The translations under genes were made by a program, and so were the position numbers. The notes beneath the pieces are model-generated. The model made no database searches. It worked only from the letters and a program-made list of their open reading frames with translations, and was not told where the DNA came from. Shown here piece after piece: positions 48,301 through 56,681 of a DNA stretch of 64,000 nucleotides; position 1 is the first letter of the stretch; each line of letters opens with the position of its first letter. Origin of the DNA: a virus (taxonomy: Duplodnaviria; Caudoviricetes); IMG/VR virus record IMGVR_UViG_3300033068_001019, positions 2,391-66,390 of that record. The stretch is one strand, 5' to 3'.

Positions 48301-51300
48301 CGCGGCTAAGCTGCTGCCCGAAGCTGACCGAGCCGCCCTGAGCGAGGCACGGCAGGGCAGCAGCCAGGCCGAGCGCCTGCGCACCACGCTGCTGGCTCTG
48401 GCCAAAGGCCTGACCGCCGCGGCCGATGCGCGCAGCCAAGGCTTCAAGGAGTCGCTGGGCCTGCACGTTGAGGCGGGTGATGTCGACCAGGCCGTCAACG
48501 AGTTCTTCAACAACCGCTTCCAGGTGGTCGCCGAGCAGAAGACCAACCGCGACCACGACAAGATGTCGGCGCAGGACATCAAGCGCATGACCGACAGCGC
48601 GCAGGGGCGGCTGGACGCGGCTGAAAAGGCCGGCATCGGTCTGGAGCCCGAGGCGCGCGAGCAGGCCCGGCGCAAGGTCCTGGCCGAGGAGGGCACGATC
48701 CTGTTCATGAAGGGCAGCAAGGAGCTGGCTATCCGAGCCCACGACCTGGTCAACTGGTCGCGCAACGCCCTGTTCAGCACGACGGCATCCAAGGAGGTCA
48801 GCAAGCTGGACAAGGCCACGCGCGAGGGCTACCTCAACCACCTGAGCCAGGGCATCGCCGCCCTACTGGACTCGGGCCACGCCAGCAACATCTACACCTA
48901 CGGCTGGGACGGCCGGCTGGGTAAGGAGTCGCGACGCGCCATGAAGTGGCCACTGGGAGCACGTCAGGACCACCAGAAGCAGCGCCGCTTCCCTGGCTCG
49001 TTCCCGATCGAGGGCGGTGTGGAGACCAAGACCATCGGCCAGATCCAGTACGGGCGCGACAAGAGGGCCGCGGGGCGCATGGGTGATGGCCAGCTGCTCG
49101 ACCCGATGGAACGCAGCCTGCTCGACATCGCGGCAGCCGACGAGCGGTCGGAGGAAGCCGCCAGGAAGTTCCAGGACGGCGAGCGCAAGAGCTTCGCCGA
49201 TCTGGAGCGGGCTGACCCCGAGGGCGACGGCTACGCGATGGAGGTCGACCGCAACGAAGGGCTCGAGCGCGACCTCGAAGAGCGCGCCTACCTCAAGCGC
49301 CAGAAGGACATCCAGTGGGCGGCCAAGACGACCGCCGAGGACCAGGCCGGCACCGTGCCCATGAACCCGGACTTCGCACCGAAGCCGGTGAAGGGCCCGG
49401 ATGGGAAGTTCCAGAACCCGACCAACCCCGAGGTCAAGCTCAACCCCGAGCAGGCGAAGGCTGATCAGCAGCGCGCCTCCTGGCTGCGCGGCGAGATCAA
49501 CCGGCTGAAGGCGCTGCACCTGAGCGGCGGACCGCAAGCAGACCGGGCCATGCGCCGCATCGTCGCCCTGTCGCAGTCGCTGAAGGAACTCGACGCTCGT
49601 GGCAAGGTCGAGGGTCCTGGAGCCAGTGCCAGGCCAGCTTCCTGGGGCGAGCAGCTGGCGGACCCGAACGCGCCGATCCAGGTGCGCGAGCACAAGGGCT
49701 CAGGCTACGCCGCGCGCACCCGCGAGAATGCCAACGCAGCCGGCGCCACGGTCGCCATCGCGGCGGACTTCACGACCCCCGGTGAGAAGCTGACGGCGAG
49801 CGCCGCCGGCAATAGCCTGCTGCAGATCGACATCAACACCAAGCCGCAGGACGCCGGCCGGCAGCTGGCCGAACACATGCGCAAGCTGGGCGCGGACACG
49901 CTGAACGTGGCCGGCAACGGCATCTACACCCTGGCGGTCCACGGCTTCGACCAGGCGCGCGTGAACAAGGTCGTCCACGACATCCTGGCGGTGGCCAACA
50001 AGATCTGGCCGATCAAGGGCATCGTGTCGGGCGGCCAGACCGGCGTGGACATTGCCGGCGCCGTGGCGGCGAAGGTGCTGGGCATCCCCGCCACGATCAC
50101 CCTGCCCAAGGGCTACCGCCAGCGCGGCGTTGACGGGGTGGACGCGAACCACACCCGCGCGCAGATCGGCGCCCAGATCCTGGATGGCGCCAAGGCGCTG
50201 GGCTGGCAGCCGCCGGCTGGGACCCAAGCGAAGTCGGAACGCGCTGCCGCGCCAGCGCAGGCCAAGCCTGTCAACGTGTGGTACGGCAGCGGCGAGAACG
50301 CCGAACTCAGCAACCTGGCTGCGCGCCCATTCGAGGCTGGCGGCAGGAAGTACCTCTCGGTCGAGCACGCCTACCAGTCGTGGAAGAGCGGGAAGTTCGA
50401 TCAGGCGACCTACGACAAGTACCAGACGGCGGGTCGCAAGATCGCCGGCACGCTGGGCACCAAGACCGAGGGTGGCTGGAACGTGCGCCTGATGGAGCGC
50501 CTGGTCAAGCTGTCGTTCGAGCAGAACCCCACCGCCGCGCAGGCGTTGCTGGCTACCGGCGACGCACCGATCACCCACACCCAGGACGCTGGCGTGTGGA
50601 AGACCGAGTTCCCGCGCATCCTCGAGAAGGTCCGCAGCGAGCTGGCGAGCAAGCCGGCCGCGGCCCGGCCGACCCCCGGTCAGGTCCAGGCCACCCCCGC
50701 CCCTACTTCCATGGTCCAGGCGGCCAAGGCAGCGGCGGCGCAGGACTCCTGGAACGACGTTCCCACAGACCGCAAGCTCTCGGCCTATGAACCGGACCCC
50801 GGAAAAACGGCTCAGGAGCGCCCGGACCCGCTGACCCAGCCTACCCCCTCGGACGAGGATCTGGAGCGCGTGCGGGCCCATCTGGGCCGCATGCTGGGGG
50901 ACAAGATCAAGGTCGTGTTCGAGAAGACCCTCGACGCTCAGGGTGAGTGGGTCGAAACTGATAAAACGATCCGCCTCGCTATCAGTTCTGTCATGCCGAT
51001 GCTCAGCACGGCGAACCACGAGGCCCTACACGCCTTCTTCTCGGGCGTGCTGGCTAACCACCCAGGCGCCAAGGAGACGCTGCTGGCGGTGGCCACCGAC
51101 GCGCGCAACCTGGGTCGCGTGGAGGCGATCCTGGCCAAGGGCAAGGACGGCAACAAGGCAGCGATCGAAGCCATGCGCGCCAGCCCCGAAGAGGCCTTGG
51201 CCTACACCTTCCAGTTCTGGGCCGAAGGCCTGCTGCCCATCGACAAGAAGCCGCAAGGGTTCTTCCAGAAGATCCAGCGCTTCCTGCGCGAGGTGTTCGG

Positions 51301-53647
51301 CCTGGTGCGCGACAGCGAAAAGGCCCTCGAGGTCTTCCAGGCCCTGTACGACGGCAAGATGGCCGAGCCGTCCGCCGCGCAGAAGGCGCTCGACGGCATC
51401 ATGGCCTCGGGTGAGCGCGGCAAGCGGTGGCGCCAGAAGACGGACAAGCAGCTCGAGCGGATGCGCTCGATGGTCATGACCTCGCACCACATGATGCGCA
51501 ACAGCGAAAGCGCGGCCATGCGCGACATCGCCGCGAAGTTCTTCACCAACGCCGGCAGCACCAAGCTGGGCACCGAGCCGGGCATCCTGAACCGCCGTGA
51601 CACCGAGAGCAAGAAGTGGGCGACCGAGTTCCAGCTCCTGCTCAAGGGGCTGAGCCAGGAGGACATCGCCAGCATGGCCAAGCACGACAACGAGCACAAG
51701 TGGGAGGATCACCCGGACCCGGAGCTCAACAAGCGGCTGCGGGCGCTGTACGCCATGACGCGCCGGTTCCGCGAGGACTACCTGCTGCCGGCCGGCATCG
51801 AGCTGGGCATGCGCGACGTGCAGGAGCTGGCCAGCGGTGGCGAGGACCACCGCTACACGCCCATGGTCTGGAGCGTGCAGACCCTAATCGACAAGAAGGA
51901 CGACTTCTTCGCGATGCTCAAGCAGGAGCGCTACAACAAGACCATGAACGAGATGCTGGCCACGATGCGTCAGGTCAAGCCGGACGCCGAGGCGGACGAT
52001 GTGATCGACGCCATCTACCAACTCCTGATCGACCGCAATGGGGTGGAGGAGGTCGGAAAGCTGGACGCCCAGCGCGAGGACGGCGTGCTGTCCCCATTCT
52101 TCGCCAGCGAGAACGCCCGCAAGCTGGACTGGATCACGCAGGAGGACCGCGGTCCGTTCCTGAGCCAGGACCTGATCTACAAGATGACCTCCTACCTCCA
52201 CCAGGGTGTGCGCGCGGCCGAGTACGTGCGGACCTGGGGGCCCGGCGGCAAGATGCTCAAGGAGCTGCTGGTGCGCGAGGGTGACGTGACGGGCATTGAT
52301 GCCAAGGGCGAGCCAATCACCGCCACGGCCGACGGCCCATTCATGCGCGAGCTGCGCGAGGCTGCCGCCGCGCAGAAGATCCCAGCCGACAAGGTCGAGG
52401 ACTGGGTCCAGCGCCGCTACGACGATGAGACACGCGCGGTTGGCGCCATAGAGGGTGTGCTGGGCAAAGACATCAGCGAGAGCATGCGCAAGCTCAACAG
52501 CGGACTGATGGCCTACCAGAACGCCCGGTTGCTGCCGCTGGCGGTCTTCAGCTCGATGCTCGACCCGAACAACATCCTGGTCTCGGGCGGCAAGCTCGAC
52601 GACATGATCTACGCCTACCTGCGCGGCATGAAGGCGGTGTGGCGAACCTGGAAGGACCTGGCGTCGGGCACTGAGCTCAAGCCCGAGGAGGACCGTGACG
52701 CGCTGGATGCGATGGCCGTCGGTGCGATCGACAACAACGTGTTCCTGGAGCGCCAGGGCAACGTCCAGGTGTCGGAGTACATGACCAACGCGGCGCATCG
52801 GTTCAACAGCAAGTTCTTCCTGGCCAACGGCCTGACCATGTGGGACCGCCAGATGCGGATCAGCGCCACACGCGCGGGCATGAAGTTCATCGAGCGCAAC
52901 CTCAAGGGCGTGGACGCCGACAGCGAGCGCAAACTCCAGGCCCTGGGCCTGCCCGCCGACAAGGCCGTGACCGACAAGGATGGCCGTCTGGTGGTCGACC
53001 CAAGGCTGCTGGCCACCCAGCGTGCGCAGGAGCTGGCCGGCGCCGGCTGGGAGAAGGCCACGCCGGCGCAGCGCAAGCAGTGGGCACTCAACCAGCTGGC
53101 CAAGGCGCGCGACGACGTGAAGCCCCAGCAGGAGGCGGTCAAGCGGTTTGTGCAGCGCTCGGTGCTGTCACCCAACGCAGCGCAGCGCCCGGCTTGGGCC
53201 AGCGACCCGCACTACGCCGCGCTGTTCCACCTGAAGTCATTCACCTACAGCTTCCAGGAGACCATCCTGCAGCATGCCCGCGAGGAGGCCGAGGCGGGCA
53301 ACTATCGTCCGGGCATGCAGCTGCTGGCCGGCATCCCCATCATGATCGCCGCCGACATCACGAAGGCGCTGATCACGGGTGGTGGCTCGCTGCCGGGCTA
53401 CATGGCCAACTGGGGTGTGGCCGACTGGGTGCTGCATGGCATCGGCCGCGCCGGCATGAGCGGTGTGGGCGAGATCGGCCTGAACGCCTGGGGCGACCCG
53501 ACCAGCCTACTGGGCCCGACCGTCGACCAGATCAGCGACACAATCATGGACCCAGGCAAGAAGTTCGGGTCGCTCGACATGGTTCCTGGGCTGCGCATCA
53601 TCCACCCGAACATCGGGCTGGATGTGTTCGACCACGCCGACTGGTGA
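45356..53647 (+). CDS. Giant internal virion/polyvalent protein with SLOG, NADAR and HExxH domains
   Basis: 2763 aa; YAARTRENA...LNVAGNGIY...IVSGGQTGVD (about aa 1441-1617); LSN...SVEHAYQSWK...LLATG...W (about aa 1637-1763); HEALH at aa 1888. Confidence 0.85.
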   Translation: MPTLRDLAPGYSGALSDLAPGSAPPQGGVGGGVADLPTNYAPDPRPTMREFERNGMNQIEKGYRSGRITDQANWLANQEALAAASGDTRKAASLRDEITSLQQEAAYFAPREQDVTKLGWDPARIVDWAGGAIGSTAASMQDGLVSGAGLRGAAAAAGLIPHPLAQGASKLLGGASIAVPFATNYLSNAGETYNEMANDKALMASTTPMQRLATGAGAGLVMGALDTIGDASLLRRGLGGTMGSKTIDTALDAGGFAGRFVKDNLLEGVTEVAQTGVQKAGHSLLNPNRDTSGDVGEYINSFAQAAVGGMPMSAAGNAVQSARETLQNRVGPEADKAAGSKRGDEIDLRTGKTTSGADAPAEDIIRAAASAPTHKFTAEQQARRDLLDGSFDIPDDPIDLELKTTDRWTGLKEELARQGAKPEAQKLMTDLDAVDLSDPLANEHPAMKAAADFVRPYAGLDEEQLAKAMKSVSKRGRKLSTYEPDDPRDSGMLGEAGPNVAGVDTSKMAPTDPKKFAAQQRVRREVQRQIEENAKNAAGLLEYALVGGETGKRAPAAQRNALRQMATEIANMAHIKGQPEPGELFAAERYGRIIGSLLKEGTPETLQQVGYSTGAQGSPLFSALLGAAVRASGRLDSTAAKQERINRDTAANQLVSLIPKDTLTALMEKGVNLQGDENQRHFMLDGLESFFYDGEGPFTEKKLTSMLGKETLGKLREFFTRPIEARFDQESAIDEGDLNDVAEAQAAEADEFVKQHASNAVDRSSPERLVFAHGRRDTTEDARAQFSGELVGKVREALKRGTGLTGVKLPSIARMPELDEAGEWSAEDMLSTFDPEAKDIELPARGDDAGTTAVLPANSKLWRVAKYATERFAGNEETGEQPTHAVRLSTVKEELDAAGVHPNSRLDLMLGYLLAGKKINDADAQKLSRDLRHARATRIMLDKINRVLTDTSAMPLRDRAAKLLQPERVDPAGKVIPSDLQRAAKLLPEADRAALSEARQGSSQAERLRTTLLALAKGLTAAADARSQGFKESLGLHVEAGDVDQAVNEFFNNRFQVVAEQKTNRDHDKMSAQDIKRMTDSAQGRLDAAEKAGIGLEPEAREQARRKVLAEEGTILFMKGSKELAIRAHDLVNWSRNALFSTTASKEVSKLDKATREGYLNHLSQGIAALLDSGHASNIYTYGWDGRLGKESRRAMKWPLGARQDHQKQRRFPGSFPIEGGVETKTIGQIQYGRDKRAAGRMGDGQLLDPMERSLLDIAAADERSEEAARKFQDGERKSFADLERADPEGDGYAMEVDRNEGLERDLEERAYLKRQKDIQWAAKTTAEDQAGTVPMNPDFAPKPVKGPDGKFQNPTNPEVKLNPEQAKADQQRASWLRGEINRLKALHLSGGPQADRAMRRIVALSQSLKELDARGKVEGPGASARPASWGEQLADPNAPIQVREHKGSGYAARTRENANAAGATVAIAADFTTPGEKLTASAAGNSLLQIDINTKPQDAGRQLAEHMRKLGADTLNVAGNGIYTLAVHGFDQARVNKVVHDILAVANKIWPIKGIVSGGQTGVDIAGAVAAKVLGIPATITLPKGYRQRGVDGVDANHTRAQIGAQILDGAKALGWQPPAGTQAKSERAAAPAQAKPVNVWYGSGENAELSNLAARPFEAGGRKYLSVEHAYQSWKSGKFDQATYDKYQTAGRKIAGTLGTKTEGGWNVRLMERLVKLSFEQNPTAAQALLATGDAPITHTQDAGVWKTEFPRILEKVRSELASKPAAARPTPGQVQATPAPTSMVQAAKAAAAQDSWNDVPTDRKLSAYEPDPGKTAQERPDPLTQPTPSDEDLERVRAHLGRMLGDKIKVVFEKTLDAQGEWVETDKTIRLAISSVMPMLSTANHEALHAFFSGVLANHPGAKETLLAVATDARNLGRVEAILAKGKDGNKAAIEAMRASPEEALAYTFQFWAEGLLPIDKKPQGFFQKIQRFLREVFGLVRDSEKALEVFQALYDGKMAEPSAAQKALDGIMASGERGKRWRQKTDKQLERMRSMVMTSHHMMRNSESAAMRDIAAKFFTNAGSTKLGTEPGILNRRDTESKKWATEFQLLLKGLSQEDIASMAKHDNEHKWEDHPDPELNKRLRALYAMTRRFREDYLLPAGIELGMRDVQELASGGEDHRYTPMVWSVQTLIDKKDDFFAMLKQERYNKTMNEMLATMRQVKPDAEADDVIDAIYQLLIDRNGVEEVGKLDAQREDGVLSPFFASENARKLDWITQEDRGPFLSQDLIYKMTSYLHQGVRAAEYVRTWGPGGKMLKELLVREGDVTGIDAKGEPITATADGPFMRELREAAAAQKIPADKVEDWVQRRYDDETRAVGAIEGVLGKDISESMRKLNSGLMAYQNARLLPLAVFSSMLDPNNILVSGGKLDDMIYAYLRGMKAVWRTWKDLASGTELKPEEDRDALDAMAVGAIDNNVFLERQGNVQVSEYMTNAAHRFNSKFFLANGLTMWDRQMRISATRAGMKFIERNLKGVDADSERKLQALGLPADKAVTDKDGRLVVDPRLLATQRAQELAGAGWEKATPAQRKQWALNQLAKARDDVKPQQEAVKRFVQRSVLSPNAAQRPAWASDPHYAALFHLKSFTYSFQETILQHAREEAEAGNYRPGMQLLAGIPIMIAADITKALITGGGSLPGYMANWGVADWVLHGIGRAGMSGVGEIGLNAWGDPTSLLGPTVDQISDTIMDPGKKFGSLDMVPGLRIIHPNIGLDVFDHADW

Positions 53648-53651
53648 CACA

Positions 53652-53790
53652 CGGACTTACGTCCTTACCAGCCACCTAACTTTGCTTTACCCAATCTTTT
53701 ATTTTCTCTACTCCTTCTCTATCTAACTTCAATTACAACTTTTCTATTGTAAGAATGTAAGAATGTAAGAGGGTAGGAAGAGAGAAAATA
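53652..53790. other. Origin-like element B (inverted copy of element A)
   Basis: TGTAAGAATGTAAGAATGTAAG at 53748-53769 is the exact reverse complement of 15588-15609; CTTACGTCCTTAC lies 79 nt away. Confidence 0.65.
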
Positions 53791-53873
53791 AGGGTTGGCG
53801 CCCCTTTCCCCGAACCCCATACCTGCTATGCGTAAAGAAAAAGAGCCCGAAGGCCCTTGTGGTTGTCGGGTAG

Positions 53874-54143
53874 CTATCTCAAATACACGACGGTCTCGTC
53901 CCAGCACTCGCGTGTGTAGACCACGACTTCGGGTGACTTCGGGTCGGTCGGGTCGGCCTTGTACCGTGAGAGGATCGGGCCGAGGGTTTCCATGTTCCTG
54001 GCGTTGCGCCTGGCCTCGCTCTCGGTGATGTGGCCATGCTCGTTGATGGCATGCCGGCAGATCAGGTCGAGCGGTATCCGTTTGAGCTTCATGCGGGCGT
54101 CGGAGGTGAGCTTGATCTCGCCGAGGAGGAAGTTGGTCTGCAT
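53874..54143 (-). CDS. Plasmid-related small protein
   Basis: FLLGEIKLT...RHA...G...N......SRY...TVVYL resembles a common plasmid/phage family. Confidence 0.6.
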   Translation of the reverse strand: MQTNFLLGEIKLTSDARMKLKRIPLDLICRHAINEHGHITESEARRNARNMETLGPILSRYKADPTDPKSPEVVVYTRECWDETVVYLR

Positions 54144-54145
54144 GG

Positions 54146-54400
54146 TTAGGCAAATCCTAATGTAATTGCAAGCACTGAGAAGATGATGTACGCCACCACG
54201 AGCCACGCGATGATTTTGCCGGCGGTCAGGAAGAACCGCCTACTCGTGTCGCCAGCCATTGCATTCACGGTGTTCGCGGCGGCGGTTTTCACATCTTCGA
54301 TGTGCTGCTTTCGTTGAAGTTCTTGTGCGAGCGCCATTCGCTCGCGCTCGAGTTTGATTCGCGCGGTCTCGAGTTCTATTTCTCTGAGTTCGTCGCTCAT
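54146..54400 (-). CDS. Coiled-coil plus C-terminal TM protein (lower GC)
   Basis: GGGGGA RBS; hydrophobic C-terminus. Confidence 0.7.
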   Translation of the reverse strand: MSDELREIELETARIKLERERMALAQELQRKQHIEDVKTAAANTVNAMAGDTSRRFFLTAGKIIAWLVVAYIIFSVLAITLGFA

Positions 54401-54421
54401 GATTCCCCCCCTGTGGTATTG

Positions 54422-54709
54422 CTACTCTATTCCCTGCTTTGCGAATTCATCAACGTCGAGCCCGATAAGCCGGCGGCTGGCCATGATGTAGTCGCTGAGT
54501 TCGTCGACTTGTCTTTTCATCTTGGGCACGTCGCGCTCGTAGCTGGAGAAGTTGGTGATGACGTGGATTTCTGATGTCGGTGTGCCCGTCTGTACACGGT
54601 CGGTGTAAGCAGCGACGACGTAGTAGTCAAACTCTTCATCGGGCTCTTTGAACATCATCACCTTGCGGTACATGTGAGCAGGTAGCAACAGAAGCTCTCG
54701 TAGTTCCAT
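54422..54709 (-). CDS. Hypothetical protein (lower GC)
   Basis: Start MELRELL with GGGGAG upstream. Confidence 0.65.
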   Translation of the reverse strand: MELRELLLLPAHMYRKVMMFKEPDEEFDYYVVAAYTDRVQTGTPTSEIHVITNFSSYERDVPKMKRQVDELSDYIMASRRLIGLDVDEFAKQGIE

Positions 54710-54839
54710 AGGCTCTCCCCTTGAACAGTTTGTATTTCTACCATAAACCGGGGTGGAACAGCGCAGCTGTGGAACCTCGGAACCTGGTGCGGTGGTGCTG
54801 CCTGTGAGCAAGTCGTCGACCAGTGCGGTCGCTCGCTGC

Positions 54840-54962
54840 TTCTTAAAAATATCTCTTCTTATTAGGGGCTCAGGCTGAGCTGTATTTCTGGGGTAAACAG
54901 CTCAGTGTGAGCCGCTTCAGGTGTTGATACAGCTCACACTGATACGGGTCAGTGTGAGCTGT
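54840..54962. repeat. Putative plasmid-type origin: AT-rich tract plus GCTCA-N3-TGAGC palindromes
   Basis: Copies at 54868, 54900, 54932 (partial) and 54947; 14-bp inverted repeat 54929-54942/54949-54962. Confidence 0.65.
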
Positions 54963-54970
54963 GTACAACT

Positions 54971-55627
54971 TCAGGCCTTGCCAGCCTCGCGCAAGATCTT
55001 GCGGATCTGCTCTCTGACCTCCGGCGGGATGGTCGGATTGTTGAGGTTGACCTGCACGGCGTTGTCGGTGGCCACGTTGACCGTCAGGTGCTCGATATGC
55101 ACGATCTTGGCCGAGCCCAGGTCGCCGCTCATCAGCACGTTCTTGAGGTCGGCCATGGCGTGCTTGACGCCGCTGGGCAGGTAGTCCCAGGTGGCCACGG
55201 CCGCCGGCCTGCCGTGCTCATCAGCGATGTCGACTTTTTCACGCAACGTGTAGACGTTGTTGCGGCCCCGCTTCTCCTTCGTGAGGTAGCCGCAGGTCTC
55301 GAGCGTCTTCAGCTCTCGCTTGACTTGGGCGAGGGACATGCCCGACTTCTCGGTGATGAGCTCGAGGCCGGGGAAGGCATGCCCTGTGTTGAAGTTGGTG
55401 TGCGCCTTGATCACGGCATAGACCGTGAAGGCATGTGGTCCCATTCTGGCCACGTCGCCGTTCTGGATCATGGCTTTGAACAAGTGGAACCACTGGATCT
55501 CAGCGGCGAACGTCTGCTGCGCGGGGCCATCGGCTTCCGCGTGCTGTCCTGGTTTTTCCGATTGACGCAGCTCAGGCTGAGCTGTATCTGAGATGTGGCT
55601 CAGTGTGAGCTGTTTCGGGCCAGCCAT
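54971..55627 (-). CDS. HTH/wHTH replication-initiator-like protein
   Basis: AFTVYAVIKAHTNFNTGHAFPGLELITEKSGMS...VKRELKTLETCGYL...GRNNVYTL (HTH_36-like). Confidence 0.7.
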   Translation of the reverse strand: MAGPKQLTLSHISDTAQPELRQSEKPGQHAEADGPAQQTFAAEIQWFHLFKAMIQNGDVARMGPHAFTVYAVIKAHTNFNTGHAFPGLELITEKSGMSLAQVKRELKTLETCGYLTKEKRGRNNVYTLREKVDIADEHGRPAAVATWDYLPSGVKHAMADLKNVLMSGDLGSAKIVHIEHLTVNVATDNAVQVNLNNPTIPPEVREQIRKILREAGKA

Positions 55628-55899
55628 TCTGTGACTGCTTCGGTCAGCAGCTCCTGTGATGTGGCTTCACGCTCTACACACAGCCGTTTGATGGCCATGT
55701 ATTCGTCGTAGCCGACCTTGAGGGTCAGCGCTTTGTAGTAGGGCGTCTTGCGCGGCTTGCCAGGTGTCTGCTGCTCGGGTTCAGTAGCAGGTAGGTGTGC
55801 CGGCGGGTGTGCTATTGGTTGTTCTGGTGCCAGGTTGGGGGTGGAAGCCTTGGCCTCGCCCTTGCTGATCAGGCCGGTGAGCGGAGTGGGTTTGTTCAT
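55600..55899 (-). CDS. ParG-like ribbon-helix-helix centromere-binding protein
   Basis: Disordered N-terminus, then KALTLKV...YMAIKRLC...SQELLTEAV; directly downstream of parA. Confidence 0.7.
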   Translation of the reverse strand: MNKPTPLTGLISKGEAKASTPNLAPEQPIAHPPAHLPATEPEQQTPGKPRKTPYYKALTLKVGYDEYMAIKRLCVEREATSQELLTEAVTEWLARNSSH

Positions 55900-55906
55900 G
55901 GCGCCC

Positions 55907-56539
55907 TCACTTCTTCAGCTGAACGGAGAGGTACTGCCAGAGCTCGGTTATCTCCTTGGCAGATGGGCCGCTGGCGTCGGTCTCCTGCACGGTGCGGCCG
56001 TCCGTCATGGAAGAGGCGAAGCCTGTGCGCTGCATGAGGATGGCCGGTGCGACGGTGCCGTGCTGGCTCAGTGCGATCGCTGCCTCGCCTGTGATTTTCG
56101 CCCGGTTGGCGGCGCCGTTGACGACGAAGACCATGCGTTTGCCGGCCTGTTCGACCAGCTCGATAGTGGCGCCGATCGCGCGTAGGTCGTGCGGGCTCGG
56201 TCGTGTGGGGACCAGGACCAGGTCGGCGTGCGGCAGGATGGCCTGCAGCGTGGTCTTGGACTCCTCGTTCATGCCCGGGGGCGTGTCGATGATGACCAGT
56301 TGGGTGCCAGCAGCTCTAAGTGCGGCGAGCGTGTCGCCGAGGTGGTGGATGTCCGCTTGGGCGAACTGCGGCGTGCTCGCCTCGCGGGCATTCCACCAGG
56401 ACGCAAGGTTGCCTTGCTCGTCAGTGTCAATGATGACCACAGGTCCGTCCCCACGTCGTTCCGCTTCAACGCTGAGATGACCGGAGATAGTTGTTTTTCC
56501 AACGCCGCCTTTGCGACTTGCCGTGACTATTACCTTCAT
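55907..56539 (-). CDS. parA: Type Ib ParA ATPase
   Basis: KGGVGKTT deviant Walker A, IDTDEQG, IIDTPP, PTRPSPHDL; 210 aa. Confidence 0.93.
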   Translation of the reverse strand: MKVIVTASRKGGVGKTTISGHLSVEAERRGDGPVVIIDTDEQGNLASWWNAREASTPQFAQADIHHLGDTLAALRAAGTQLVIIDTPPGMNEESKTTLQAILPHADLVLVPTRPSPHDLRAIGATIELVEQAGKRMVFVVNGAANRAKITGEAAIALSQHGTVAPAILMQRTGFASSMTDGRTVQETDASGPSAKEITELWQYLSVQLKK

Positions 56540-56619
56540 GCTGTAGATCCAGTAGTGAGTGCATGAGGATTGTAAGTCGTGTCTCCGTGCGGCGCTCGCT
56601 GTTTTTCGGAGTGCAGCTC

Positions 56620-56641
56620 TACGAATTTACGTACGTACGTA
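56620..56641. promoter_or_regulatory. Putative parS/operator TACG-N4-TACGTACGTACGTA
   Basis: Upstream of parA; the same arrangement recurs at 37871-37892. Confidence 0.55.
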
Positions 56642-56681
56642 GATAACTGTAGTGGTCGAATCGCTATGCTGATAAGTTCGA

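Noticed and set aside
23034-53200. Long minus-strand ORFs across the structural arm (e.g. 23034-25466, 42983-44983, 46973-48841)
   Set aside because: Antisense shadows of portal, tail and virion genes.
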